64,000 bases of DNA from Patescibacteria group bacterium (GTDB taxonomy: Bacteria; Patescibacteriota; Minisyncoccia; Phycocordibacterales; JBBTRF01), in contig JBBTRF010000001.1 in NCBI GenBank assembly GCA_038065315.1, positions 33,642 to 97,641 of the forward strand, read 5' to 3'. This document shows positions 37,948-48,073 of the stretch, piece by piece. The stretch's first letter is position 1. Every line of letters begins with the position of its first letter. Both the position numbers and the translations under genes were made by a program. The notes beneath the pieces were generated by a model, which made no database searches, had not been told where the DNA came from, and worked only from the letters and a program-made list of their open reading frames with translations.

Positions 37948-39756
37948 CTACCCCTGCTTCTGCGACTTCAACCGATCGCCTTCTTTCAAGAAGCGCTTGC
38001 GGAGGCGGGTTTTGGTAGGGGTGATCTCGAGATAGTCGTCCTCGGCCATGATTTCCATGCCGCGTTCAATATTGAGTTTCAGGGGCGGCGTGAGCAACAC
38101 CAAGCCGTCGGAACTCTTCTGTCGCATGTTGGTGAGCTGCTTGGCTTTCACAGGATTCACCGCCATGTCCTCACCCTTGGTGACATTACCCACGACCATA
38201 CCCTCGTACAGCTCGTCGCCCGGTTCGATGTATAGCGAACCACGTTCCTGCAATTTTTCGAGAGAATAGGCGATCGCCTTGCCGTTTTCCATAGACACCA
38301 TTGAGCCAAAAGAAGTGCGCTGCACTTCGCCGGCCCATGGTCGGAACTCCAAGAATCGGGAAGACATAATACCTTCGCCTCGAGTGTCCACCACAAACTG
38401 TCCGCGATAGCCAAGCAGACCTCGAGTCGGCATTTCGAAGACGATACGAGTCGTGCCATCGCCTTCCTTCATCTGTGTCATCATGCCACGTCGCTCCGAA
38501 AGTGTCTTAATGATCGCACCCGTCACTTCCGGCTTCACATCGATGATCACTTCCTCAAACGGCTCGAGCTTCTTGCCACCCTCTTCCTTCACAATGACCT
38601 GCGGCTGAGAGATCTGCACTTCGTAGCCTTCGCGTCGCATATTTTCAAGCAAAATAGAAATGTGAAGCTCGCCTCGGCCGTACACCTTGAAAAAGTCGTT
38701 GGCGGCGAAATCCACCTTGAGACCGACGTTCACTTCGAGCTCTTTTTCGAGTCGCTCACGGATCTGTCGGCTGGTGACAAATTTGCCTTCGCGGCCGGCG
38801 AAAGGTGAGTCGTTGACCAAAAAATTGAGGGAAATAGTCGGTTCGTCGATCTTGATGGTCGGCAACGGGGTGGCATCAGCCGCACCGCAGATGGTCTCGC
38901 CGATGTAGATCGAAGGAAGACCGGCGATCATCGCGATGTCGCCTGCGAATGCCTCTTGCACCTCCTTTCGAGCGGTACCTTCGAAGGTGAAAATCTTGGT
39001 GATCTTTCCAGTGACGGTTTCCGCCCCGTCCTTCTTAATGAACACCTGCTGCGCCATCTTCACGCTACCTTCCTGGATGCGGCCGATCGCCATACGTCCG
39101 AGAAAGTTGTCGTATGCGAGGTTAAACGCCTGCATGCGGAGTGGCTTGGCTTCGAGCGCGTCGTGAGTGGCCTGGTCGGTGCCGTTGGCTGAAGGGACAA
39201 GCTTCAAAATAGTATCCAAAAGCGGGGTGAGGTCGGCACTTTCGTCGGTGAGCTTCATTTTCGCGATACCCTGGCGGCCGATCGCGTAGACGGTGGTGAA
39301 ATCGAGCTGCTGGTCGTTGGCGCCGAGCTCCATGAAGAGCTCGAGGATTTCTTCGTGCGCTTCTGCGGGTCGAGCGGCCGGCTTGTCGATCTTGTTGAGC
39401 ACGACGATCGGCTTGAGTCCCAATTCGAGAGACTTCTTGAGTACGAAACGAGTCTGCGGCATTGGACCTTCCTGCGCGTCTACCACGAGCAGCACCGTGT
39501 CGATGGATCGCAACACACGCTCCACTTCGGAACCGAAGTCGGCGTGACCCGGGGTGTCCACGATGTTGATCTTGGTGTCCTTGTAGTAGAGGGAAGTGTT
39601 TTTCGCGTAAATAGTAATGCCGCGCTCTAGTTCGAGAGCGTTGGAGTCCATGCTGGCACCTTCTTCAGCCGCTCCATTTTGTTTCAATAGAGCGTCGGTG
39701 AGGGTGGTCTTACCATGGTCCACGTGGGCGATGATGGCGATGTTGCGAATTTCCAT
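37948..39756 (-). CDS. typA: Translational GTPase TypA/BipA
   Basis: RNIAIIAHVDHGKTTL, DTPGHADF, NKID, GRGELH, EPFE, EITPTKTRLRK. Confidence 0.97.
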   Translation of the reverse strand: MEIRNIAIIAHVDHGKTTLTDALLKQNGAAEEGASMDSNALELERGITIYAKNTSLYYKDTKINIVDTPGHADFGSEVERVLRSIDTVLLVVDAQEGPMPQTRFVLKKSLELGLKPIVVLNKIDKPAARPAEAHEEILELFMELGANDQQLDFTTVYAIGRQGIAKMKLTDESADLTPLLDTILKLVPSANGTDQATHDALEAKPLRMQAFNLAYDNFLGRMAIGRIQEGSVKMAQQVFIKKDGAETVTGKITKIFTFEGTARKEVQEAFAGDIAMIAGLPSIYIGETICGAADATPLPTIKIDEPTISLNFLVNDSPFAGREGKFVTSRQIRERLEKELEVNVGLKVDFAANDFFKVYGRGELHISILLENMRREGYEVQISQPQVIVKEEGGKKLEPFEEVIIDVKPEVTGAIIKTLSERRGMMTQMKEGDGTTRIVFEMPTRGLLGYRGQFVVDTRGEGIMSSRFLEFRPWAGEVQRTSFGSMVSMENGKAIAYSLEKLQERGSLYIEPGDELYEGMVVGNVTKGEDMAVNPVKAKQLTNMRQKSSDGLVLLTPPLKLNIERGMEIMAEDDYLEITPTKTRLRKRFLKEGDRLKSQKQG

Positions 39757-39877
39757 TTGATTAAAAAGGGCCCCAATAGGCTAGGCGGGGCCGGATGAGG
39801 CTTATTTTTAACAAAAAAGCTCGCTTTTGTCAAACTGGGCTGTGGAAGCCGTGGTCGGACGAGGCGAGCTGTCCCAA

Positions 39878-40204
39878 TTATCCATTGGGGTATTTGGCGG
39901 AGGCGTGTGCTTTGGCGAGCCTGATCAGATCTCGCAGGCCCATCTGTGCGCCGTTGCTGGCGACTTTATGGATGGTTTCTGCCTTGTAGTGGCCATCCAT
40001 GATGAAATCCCAGCCAGTTTTTCGGAAACAGAGGCAGAAGATTGGCGTGGGTGTCTGGGTGGTGCTGGGCTGTGTTGTTTCGTGCGTGGTGGGTGGTGTG
40101 GTCGTCGGTGCCAAAAGCCCAAAGAGAATGACTTCTCCCGGACCTTGGCCACGCGTCCGCTCCATCTCCACCACCTGATACGGGGTGTCGGTCGGAGTGC
40201 TCAT
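39878..40204 (-). CDS. Orphan hypothetical protein with Thr/Pro-rich linker
   Basis: ORF with AAAGGA upstream of the ATG. Confidence 0.45.
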   Translation of the reverse strand: MSTPTDTPYQVVEMERTRGQGPGEVILFGLLAPTTTPPTTHETTQPSTTQTPTPIFCLCFRKTGWDFIMDGHYKAETIHKVASNGAQMGLRDLIRLAKAHASAKYPNG

Positions 40205-40285
40205 GAGGTAAGGTCCTTTCCAAGAAACTCAAATAGACAAAGAGCTGTTGAGTTTCCTTCTATTATTACATAGAATGCCAAGCAT

Positions 40286-40981
40286 ATGGGAGAAGCACCG
40301 AAAAATCCTCCGGCGGAGCTAATGTTGGTCGACAAGCCAGCCGGTATCAGCTCTTTTGACGTGATTCGCCGATTGCAGAGAGAATCCGCCTACGCTGGCC
40401 GAAAAATGGGGCATGCCGGTACTCTCGATCCTTTGGCGACAGGGTTGATGATCATTGGTATTGATGGTGGGACGAAGCGTTTGGCGGAACTGCTCGGGCT
40501 GTCGAAAGTGTACGAAGCAGAATTCGTGGTCGGTATGCGGACCGATAGCGGAGATACGGACGGGCGGGTATTGGAGCAGTGGTCGACCGAGCAGGTGGCG
40601 ACATTTGGTGCTGGCATTACGGCAGAGCATATCGAGGCGGTGTTGGTTGGGATGAAGGGCGCGCTGCACTTGCCGGTACCGATCTACTCGGCGATTAAGC
40701 GCGGTGGGAAAAAGTTGTACGAATTGGCTCGCGCGGGGCAGACGGCAGAAGAGATCAAGCCACCGATGAAAGAAATGACGGTCGAGTCCGTACGATTTTT
40801 GGGATGGGAAAATACCGCCAATGGTCCGCGAGTGCGAGTGGAGCTCGGTGTGTCTAGTGGTACCTATATCCGCTCACTAGGAGAGGAGTTTGGCCGGCGC
40901 ATTGGCGCGCTGGTGACGATGAGTGCACTGCGGCGCACGAGTATTGGCGAATTTTCAGTGAGAGACGCGCGGAAAATCTAG
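40286..40981 (+). CDS. truB: tRNA pseudouridine(55) synthase
   Basis: DKPAGISSFDV, GHAGTLDPLATG, PIYSAIKRGGKKLYELARAG, SSGTYIRSL, LRRTSIG. Confidence 0.93.
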   Translation: MGEAPKNPPAELMLVDKPAGISSFDVIRRLQRESAYAGRKMGHAGTLDPLATGLMIIGIDGGTKRLAELLGLSKVYEAEFVVGMRTDSGDTDGRVLEQWSTEQVATFGAGITAEHIEAVLVGMKGALHLPVPIYSAIKRGGKKLYELARAGQTAEEIKPPMKEMTVESVRFLGWENTANGPRVRVELGVSSGTYIRSLGEEFGRRIGALVTMSALRRTSIGEFSVRDARKI

Positions 40982-41415
40982 TCGCGGAGTCCTTTTAGTT
41001 TGTGGGTCGGTCCGTATTCATTGGCCGAGTAGACAAAGAGAGCGAGAGCAACAAGAACAACATTTTTGATGATGTATTGGCCTTCGAGTGTTGGCGTGAG
41101 AAAGCCCTGCCAGGTCATCGCTGGAATAAAGAAGAGTGGCATCACGGTGGTGGCCATATGAATTACAAAAAGCCAGAAGGCGATTTTTTCGCAACGCGGA
41201 ATCAAAAAGAGGAGGCCGATGAGCATTTCAAAGAGGGCAAACCAAATAATAAAATTATCAAAAGACCAGAACGGCATTGTGGCGTGGAGCAGACCGGCGA
41301 CCAGCGGATTGGCGGGACTGAGGTCAAACAGCTTGAGGGCACCGAACCAGAAGTAGACGATAAAAAGTGCGAGTCGTCCGATAAGTGATGAGAGATGGAT
41401 GTGTTTTGGATTCAT
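40978..41415 (-). CDS. DoxX-like/DUF417-like membrane protein
   Basis: RLALFIVYFWFGALK...SPA...PTLEGQYIIKNVVL. Confidence 0.7.
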   Translation of the reverse strand: MNPKHIHLSSLIGRLALFIVYFWFGALKLFDLSPANPLVAGLLHATMPFWSFDNFIIWFALFEMLIGLLFLIPRCEKIAFWLFVIHMATTVMPLFFIPAMTWQGFLTPTLEGQYIIKNVVLVALALFVYSANEYGPTHKLKGLRD

Positions 41416-41657
41416 TAAGCTAGTATAGCGCGCTCGCCGCTCGCGCGCTGTGGATTGCGAGAAGGTTTTGAGAATATTACGACCACAGACCGCCCCACCA
41501 CTCAAAGGTGTGGTGCATCAAAAGTGCCATAGGGATATAGATCGGCGCGAGAAGGATGAAGATGACTTTATTCACAGAAAAGAATCATAGGGTAAAATCA
41601 CCGCTTTGCCAAGGGAAATGTGGCCTAGACTGTGGACAAAATGCTATACTACCGAAC

Positions 41658-42815
41658 ATGGAAGCAAAGGATGGGGGACTTCATGTGGTGATCGCGACCG
41701 GCATTTTTCCGCCACAATCCGGCGGCCCGGCGACGTATTCGAAGTTGTTGGCCGATCGTCTGCCCGATTTCGGTCACACGGTAAAGGTAGTCAATTTTGG
41801 TTCGGTCTTGCATTGGCCGAAGGGTGTTCGACATGCGTTGTATTTCGCGAAGCTATTCACGGCCGCACTGCAGGCCGATGTTATCTATGCTCAGGACCCG
41901 GTTTCGGTTGGGTTGCCGGCTAAATGGGTGGCACACCTGCTTCGAAAACCGTTTTTACTCAAAATCGTCGGCGACTACGCGTGGGAGCAAGGCAGCCAGC
42001 GGTATGGTGTAACTGATACGCTCGATCATTTCTCGCTCGGTTCGGATTATCCGCTTGCTGTCCGCAAGCTCAAGCAGATTCAATTGGGAGTTGCGCTTGC
42101 CGCCGACAAAATCATCGTGCCAAGCGAATATTTGAAACGCATCGTCTCTGCGTGGGGTGTGCCGGCAGAAAAAATCACCGTGATTTACAATGGTTTCGAA
42201 TTGTCGAGTGTGGCAAAGGTTCCGGCGAAGCAACTAAATCTCGGCGCTCACTCTGTAGTGAGTGTTGGCCGCCTCGTGCCATGGAAAGGGTTTGATACGC
42301 TGATCGAGGCTGTCGCCAATCTCGCAGGACACATTACGACATCCGGGCAGAAGTCGTATTCGGACCTGCGTCTCTACATTCTCGGCGATGGTCCGGACCG
42401 TGCGACATTGGCACAAAGGGCGTCGGAGCTGAAAGCACCCGTCACGTTTTTGGGCAAGGTGGATCACGGGACGGTTTTGCAATATCTCGCTTCAGCAAAC
42501 GTCTTCGCTCTCAACACGGCCTATGAAGGTTTCTCGCATTTGTTACTTGAGGCGATGGCGATGGGTGTACCGATCATTACGACTCCAGTCGGGGGTAATG
42601 TTGAGCTTATCGCCGATGGCAAGAATGGATTGTTTGTGCCACAAGGCGATGTGCGCTCACTCGCGGATACGATTGAGAGAGTTTTGAAGGATGACCATCT
42701 CGCTCGACAGCTTTCAACGGCCGGGAAGTCGCGGGTAGCGGAATTTAGTGACGAGAAGATGCTGAGGGAGTTGCAGATCGTGCTCAGTTCACTCAAGGCT
42801 TCGAACTCGAAGTAG
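41658..42815 (+). CDS. Glycosyltransferase family 4
   Basis: GIFPPQSGGPATY, VGRLVPWKG, EGFSHLLLEAMAMG. Confidence 0.92.
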   Translation: MEAKDGGLHVVIATGIFPPQSGGPATYSKLLADRLPDFGHTVKVVNFGSVLHWPKGVRHALYFAKLFTAALQADVIYAQDPVSVGLPAKWVAHLLRKPFLLKIVGDYAWEQGSQRYGVTDTLDHFSLGSDYPLAVRKLKQIQLGVALAADKIIVPSEYLKRIVSAWGVPAEKITVIYNGFELSSVAKVPAKQLNLGAHSVVSVGRLVPWKGFDTLIEAVANLAGHITTSGQKSYSDLRLYILGDGPDRATLAQRASELKAPVTFLGKVDHGTVLQYLASANVFALNTAYEGFSHLLLEAMAMGVPIITTPVGGNVELIADGKNGLFVPQGDVRSLADTIERVLKDDHLARQLSTAGKSRVAEFSDEKMLRELQIVLSSLKASNSK

Positions 42816-42893
42816 CTGAATTGTTGGAAAAAAAGAACCGACTCATCCCCTCACTTGTATGCAAGTGTTGTCGTGGGGTTGAGTCGGTTTTGC

Positions 42894-43151
42894 CTACCAC
42901 TCGGTTTCCGAAAAGTAGGCCCGGCCAGCTTTGTAAGTAAGGATGAACTTCCTTCGAACGGCAGGGAACTTGATCGTGAATACTTCGGCCGTCAGTTTCT
43001 TGAAGACATCTTCCGGCATGGAGATGCCATTTTTCCCGCCGGTGTGAATCAGCTCAGTCAGCTGAGCTTGGGCGAAGGCCGAAATCTTTCCTTGCCGTTT
43101 CAATTCTGCCAACTCCACGGCCCAGTTTCCTTCCGTCAGTTCGGGGGTCAT
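42894..43151 (-). CDS. Orphan small hypothetical protein
   Basis: AAAGGAG RBS, upstream TTGACA on the minus strand, downstream hairpin about 42836-42890. Confidence 0.55.
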   Translation of the reverse strand: MTPELTEGNWAVELAELKRQGKISAFAQAQLTELIHTGGKNGISMPEDVFKKLTAEVFTIKFPAVRRKFILTYKAGRAYFSETEW

Positions 43152-43266
43152 GAGACTCCTTTAGGTTGAGGGTTGTCTGCCGCAGGTAAGAGTATTCCTA
43201 TGATGACAAAGTGTCAATAAAGAGAGGTTTTCTCGACGAGAAATGGAGTTATCCACAGCGAGGGCT

Positions 43267-43296
43267 TTGACAGGTGAACGGATGTTCACCTATACT
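43267..43296 (+). promoter_or_regulatory. Promoter of the lexA operon with a palindromic operator (SOS-box-like)
   Basis: TTGACA-18-TATACT with AGGTGAAC-GGAT-GTTCACCT between the boxes; TTATCCACA at 43249-43257. Confidence 0.8.
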
Positions 43297-43352
43297 ATAT
43301 CCATACCAACGAAGAGACTTTATCAAACATATCAATATCCAAACACACCCCC

Positions 43353-43577
43353 ATGACCACCAACAAACAAGCGCAAAAGATGATCCGCTCAGAGATCGGC
43401 CTCCTCAACGCTATTATCGACCAGAAGATTGTCTACGGTCGATCCTACCGCCGAGAATCGCTCCGTCACCGCCAGCTGCTCGCTCAGCTCACTCGCCTTG
43501 AACGTACGCAGCTCGCGGGGTCTCAATGGGGCTGGCTCTCCCGATCGATGCGAACGGTTACCAGTTTTGTACTATAA
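43353..43577 (+). CDS. Small basic hypothetical protein upstream of lexA
   Basis: ORF between the operator-containing promoter and lexA; contains LNAIIDQKIVYGRSYRRESLRHR. Confidence 0.6.
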   Translation: MTTNKQAQKMIRSEIGLLNAIIDQKIVYGRSYRRESLRHRQLLAQLTRLERTQLAGSQWGWLSRSMRTVTSFVL

Positions 43578-43601
43578 TTGGGTATTGCAATTGCGACTAC
43601 C

Positions 43602-44165
43602 ATGTATCCGCAGTACAAACAAAAGATCATCGCCTTCTACGAACGCCACAAGCGCATGCCGGCCTATGCCGAGATCATGGCACTTGTCGGTTTCAAATCG
43701 AAGAACGCGGTGTATAAATTGGTGAATCGTCTGGTGGAGGAGGGGATCGTGCAGAAGGATGCTACCGGCCGCCTCGTGCCGAACAGTCTCTTCAGTGAGG
43801 TGCCGTTTCTTGGATTGGTGGAGGCTGGTATTCCAACCAACGCAGACACGCTTTCAGATACCATGAGTCTCGATGATTATCTGGTCGGTGAACGCAGCAA
43901 GACCTTTGTTTTGGAAGTGAAAGGCGATTCAATGATCGAAGAGGGGATTAAAGAGGGCGATCTAGTAATCGTCGAGCGACGTGGTGAGCCGAAGGATGGT
44001 GATATTGTGATCGCCGAGATCGATGGTGGTTGGACGATGAAATATTTTCGCAAGCGCGGTGGTAAAACATATCTTGAGCCAGCCAATCGCACCATGAAGG
44101 CGATGTATCCAGAATACGACCTCAAGGTGGCTGCTATTGTGCGCGGAGTGGTGCGAAAGTACTAA
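43602..44165 (+). CDS. lexA: LexA-family repressor (wHTH plus S24 peptidase)
   Basis: RMPAYAEIM..VGFKS, cleavage site VEAG, catalytic GDSM and TMK. Confidence 0.88.
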   Translation: MYPQYKQKIIAFYERHKRMPAYAEIMALVGFKSKNAVYKLVNRLVEEGIVQKDATGRLVPNSLFSEVPFLGLVEAGIPTNADTLSDTMSLDDYLVGERSKTFVLEVKGDSMIEEGIKEGDLVIVERRGEPKDGDIVIAEIDGGWTMKYFRKRGGKTYLEPANRTMKAMYPEYDLKVAAIVRGVVRKY

Positions 44166-44236
44166 AATACTACAGAACGAAACCAGGCAGGCGTGAACTA
44201 TACGGGATGCTTTTTGAGGCGTATAATCATCCCATT

Positions 44237-44485
44237 ATGCAAGACACAAACAAAAACGCTATCTGGATTTTCGTCGTTATTATCGTTGTTCTTGGCCTTA
44301 TCTGGGCAACCAGCTCAAAGTCAAAGAGCGACACTTCAATGGAGACCGCGTCTACCACCCCTATAGTGAGTGATGAAAATGTCATTGATATGACAGATTC
44401 AGACGTAGTCACGACTCCTGGTGCTGTGGACTCAACAGTGAACACCCCAACCCTTCCTGCGGCAGGCGTGGGTCCAAAGAACTAG
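44237..44485 (+). CDS. Small membrane-anchored protein ending in an LPAAG motif (candidate sortase substrate)
   Basis: N-terminal TM helix, Thr/Ser-rich body, C-terminal TPTLPAAGVGP; directly upstream of a sortase. Confidence 0.65.
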   Translation: MQDTNKNAIWIFVVIIVVLGLIWATSSKSKSDTSMETASTTPIVSDENVIDMTDSDVVTTPGAVDSTVNTPTLPAAGVGPKN

Positions 44486-44528
44486 TTTCGAACTGTAATA
44501 GAGGAGTACGGCATTCGGCTTCAGTGGT

Positions 44529-45128
44529 GTGCAAGATACGAACACCATTTCTGTCTCCTCTGTGCAACTGATCCCATACACATTGTTTGGTTTGTTTCTC
44601 GTATCTAGCATTCTTTGGACACCTTTCTTCATGAGTTTTTTCGAGACAGCCCCTCGAGCTGCCGCTTATTCTGATGTGTCTATCGGAATTCCCGTTCAAA
44701 TCAAAATACCAAGTATACATGTTGATGCTCCCATCGAAGCTGTCGGCCTCACTTCTGGAAGTGCACTGGGCATTCCAAAAGATTCAGCGAATGTCGCTTG
44801 GCACAAACTCGGTCCTCGCCCAGGAGAAAAGGGAAGTGCAGTCATCACCGGACATTTTGGCTGGAATAATAATCTGCCGGCAGTGTTTGATAACCTGTCT
44901 CTCATGCAAAAAGGTGACCTCATTTCTACCGAAGACGGAAATGGTCGAATGACGGAGTTTGTTGTGCGCTCAATTCGAATCTATGGCTCGGACGAGACTA
45001 TCCCCGAGGTGTTTGTCTCAGATGACGGAAAAGCGCACCTCAATCTCATCACTTGTACAGGAGTTTGGGATGTCTTGAAGCAGACATATTCTCAGCGACT
45101 TGTTGTGTTTGCCGAACGAAAAATCTAG
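44529..45128 (+). CDS. Class F sortase
   Basis: PVQIKIPSIHVDA, GPRPGEKGSAVITGH, LNLITC, YSQRLVVFA (His-Cys-Arg triad). Start uncertain. Confidence 0.88.
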   Translation: MQDTNTISVSSVQLIPYTLFGLFLVSSILWTPFFMSFFETAPRAAAYSDVSIGIPVQIKIPSIHVDAPIEAVGLTSGSALGIPKDSANVAWHKLGPRPGEKGSAVITGHFGWNNNLPAVFDNLSLMQKGDLISTEDGNGRMTEFVVRSIRIYGSDETIPEVFVSDDGKAHLNLITCTGVWDVLKQTYSQRLVVFAERKI

Positions 45129-45592
45129 GCGCCGCTATGGAGGATTTTCATCTTTTCGATTCCGCGATGCACCTGCACGGCCATGGCATTTCTCGATTGT
45201 CCGGTGAGAGTCGCCATTTCTTCGAGTGACAAATCTTGCACAAAGCGCATGCGCATGATTTTCTGGTATTTCACCGGCAAAAGCTGGATCAAGGCGATCG
45301 CTCGCTTGCCGTCCAATGTGTTGATGAGACGCTCAGAGTCGGGTGCTGCGGGCTCAAAACCTTTTTCGAGAAGATCGTCGAGTGACGAGGCTTTATTTTT
45401 TCGATACTGGTCGATAATGAGGTGGTTGAGAACGTGATAGAGGAAAGACTTCATGACATCGATCTTGCCCCCCTTGGCGAGATACTTCCATGTTTTCAAA
45501 AATGTGTCCTGTACTAGGTCTGCTCCGATCTCACGGTCGTGGACTTTAAAGTATGCATGCGAATTAAGGCCTTTCTCAAAGTCGTGGTGGTG
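45125..45592 (-). pseudogene. ECF sigma factor, probably 5'-truncated
   Basis: Region 2 (ADLVQDTFLKTW...FLYHVLNHLIIDQYRK) and region 4 (LSLEEMA..TGQSRNAMAVQVHRG). No plausible start upstream of HHHDFE except inside the opposite-strand ORF. Confidence 0.6.
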
Positions 45593-46660
45593 CCAGATGC
45601 ACTTCGTAACGCGCCAGGTGTTCAGCAAAACGCGAGTGAGCCTGTCACCGTCAGTTACACACTCGATACTCAAGGGAAATTGATCGCGACTCCAATATTG
45701 CCAAGCACAACCGCAGATTGGAAAACGTACAGAAATGAGAAGTATGGCTTTGAGCTAAAGATCCCTTCTTTTTTCGGAGAATTTGCAGATCGGACCGCAC
45801 AAGGTGCACTGTACAGTGCACGAGTCTCGGGAGTCATGTTGCCTGAAGAAAGTGGCCACGCTCTAAGTGTAACTATCGGTGTCTATAATCTCGATAAATA
45901 CTCTTTTGCATCGGGTGATAAAAAAGTGTATGCGTATGATATCAGTTCAAATAAATGCGTTACTTATACCAAAGGGACTGAGGCAAACCTGGTGAATAAG
46001 GATTCGATCAAAATAAATGGTACGGAATGGTGTTATGTTGAAAATAAAACATATCCAGATGTTGGTTCCTATGGTTACTTCTTTGTAAATGAAACTGCGG
46101 ACTTGGTCATCGAAGTTCTGTACACATATGAAATGAATCCAGTATCAGATCCGAGACCAGCGAAGCCAAAGGTTGATTTAAAGGACATTGTTTCTACCTT
46201 TAAATTGAGCCATCCTTCCACTAAAACGACGACTGAAATGAGTGTGAATATTATGGTTCCCAGGGATATGGATGCGTATGAAAAGGCGATGAATGAGTAT
46301 ATCTTCGACGGCAAGCCCAATCCCTCAGGTTCGTGGCCCTTTGTTAAAAAGCAGGTCACTGTCACTGTTCCAAAGGATACAGATATAATGAAGGCGAGTG
46401 TACAGGCTGTTGCCGAGGTAATAGATACACAGGGAGGTTTTCAAGGGTCGCGAGTTGTTTACTTTAAATTGGTGAATGGTACAGCATACATATTACTTGG
46501 AATGGACCTCGATGGATGGGCCGGCGTATCTGTGAGTCTTGCGAAAATTAAACCGTTGGTAGAAAAGACCTTGCTCCAGTTTCCAGGAATCACTTCTGTA
46601 ACATTCAGCCCAGCGCCAGGTGATACCATGGATTCGATTTCACATTCACTCCTCGATTGA
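45590..46660 (+). pseudogene. Surface protein-like ORF (DWKTYxNEKYGF motif), probably 5'-truncated
   Basis: Long AT-rich ORF lacking a signal peptide; its 5' end collides head-to-head with the ECF sigma frame. Confidence 0.5.
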
Positions 46661-46780
46661 TCAACGGTGAACATGTGTTCAGATAGTTGAATAAAAAACC
46701 GCCGTGGTCCAGCAGTGTGCCAGACTCGTGCGGTGATGGGAGGGATTGCCGTGCAGTGCAGCGCAATGCACCGACTTCGG

Positions 46781-47509
46781 CTATCGGCCAGTTTGCGCCT
46801 TCAGCCAAGGGTCGAAGGTGAAGGGTTTGACCAGTCGTTCATGCAGACAGAGGTGAATGATCTCCGTCGTATCCATGACGACATCTCGTTCGAGCCCGTC
46901 GATTTTTTCGAAAGCCTCGCGAGAAAGCCGCCGTGTCAATTTCTTTCTCCGGTCTTCGACCCTGCCGATGGGGATGTTCAGCGCCTCCGCAATTTCCTTG
47001 TTGTCGGAACCTCGGCCGACGAGCAAGAGGAGTTGGAATTCCCCGTCACTCAATTGGACAACGGGGGTCAGTCGTGCACCCCCGCGAGCGGTGATCGTGC
47101 GGACCCTTGTCACACCGAGTGCGAGACCAATGCGGATCAGCCTACCTGTCGTGCCAGGAAAGTTTGGCACGAGCTTCCGGATCTTCCGGTTGAGGCTCGC
47201 GCATTGCGTTTCCACGATCGGAGGACTTTTCCGGTCGGTATTCCTGATCGCCGGGTGGACCTCTCCTCTGCAGATGTCAAACAGAACAGCACGTTCTTCT
47301 TGGTCGAGGCTCTCGAGCAGTTTCTTCAAAGGATCTTTTTCCTGAGGCCGGCCATTTTTCAGGCCATGACCGTTTGTCTGGCCGTTCCCGTCTTCCACCC
47401 CGACATACCTCAGGGATCTCCAGGGGGCCTGGTCTCTCGATTGCCAGCGACCGTTCAGTTTTCGTTGCAGACCACTTTCTATGATCTCACCAAGTGTTCC
47501 GAGTGCCAT
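46781..47509 (-). CDS. LuxR/NarL-type HTH regulator-like protein
   Basis: LSDGEFQLLLLVGRGSDNKEIAEALNIPIGRVEDRRKKL; possible degenerate second HTH (LDQEERAVLFDICRG); AAGGA upstream of ATG 47509. Confidence 0.65.
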   Translation of the reverse strand: MALGTLGEIIESGLQRKLNGRWQSRDQAPWRSLRYVGVEDGNGQTNGHGLKNGRPQEKDPLKKLLESLDQEERAVLFDICRGEVHPAIRNTDRKSPPIVETQCASLNRKIRKLVPNFPGTTGRLIRIGLALGVTRVRTITARGGARLTPVVQLSDGEFQLLLLVGRGSDNKEIAEALNIPIGRVEDRRKKLTRRLSREAFEKIDGLERDVVMDTTEIIHLCLHERLVKPFTFDPWLKAQTGR

Positions 47510-47785
47510 AGGGGGAGGTTCCTTTCTCAAGGTCGCGTTTCTTGGCTGCCGTTGTGGCAAAAAGCAAAGCATCAACAGGATGCTGCCGACTTTCATACTA
47601 CTCAAAAACAGAGGTTTTGCAAGGTTTTTATTGCACAGGTTTCGGGCCTCGTCGTCAGTGCCCGCCCACTCAATTTTGATGAAATTTCTATCGAAAAATA
47701 CGGCGCATATCGCTTTGAGATAAAATCCGTATGAGTTTTTTGCTTGCGTTTTAACAATTGGCTCTTGTATACTATTGCAACAAAG

Positions 47786-48049
47786 ATGATATCAAAAAAT
47801 ACAAAAGAAAATCAGAAAGCACTCATCTACCAGGCGAAAGACGGGGCCATCGAGCTGCGTGGCGATTTTCCCCATGAGACGGTCTGGGCGACGCAGGCGC
47901 AAATCGTCAGGCTATTTAACATTGATCAGTCTGTAGTATCTAGGCATATCAATAACCTTTTCAAGGATGGTGAGATTGAAGAAAAAAGCAATATGCAAAA
48001 AATGCATAATGCAAATTCCGATAAACCAGTGAGTCTTTACTCACTGTAA
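47786..48049 (+). pseudogene. Truncated RhuM-like N-terminal fragment
   Basis: IYQAKDGAIELRGD..ETVWATQAQI...KPVSLYSL stops just before the conserved D.I..VGYRVNS seen in 22163-23200. Confidence 0.7.
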
Positions 48050-48073
48050 TATTCTCCTCGCCCCAGCGTCTGT

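Noticed and set aside
46715-47734. 339-aa plus-strand ORF
   Set aside because: Antisense to the LuxR-like gene, which has the recognisable HTH and RBS.
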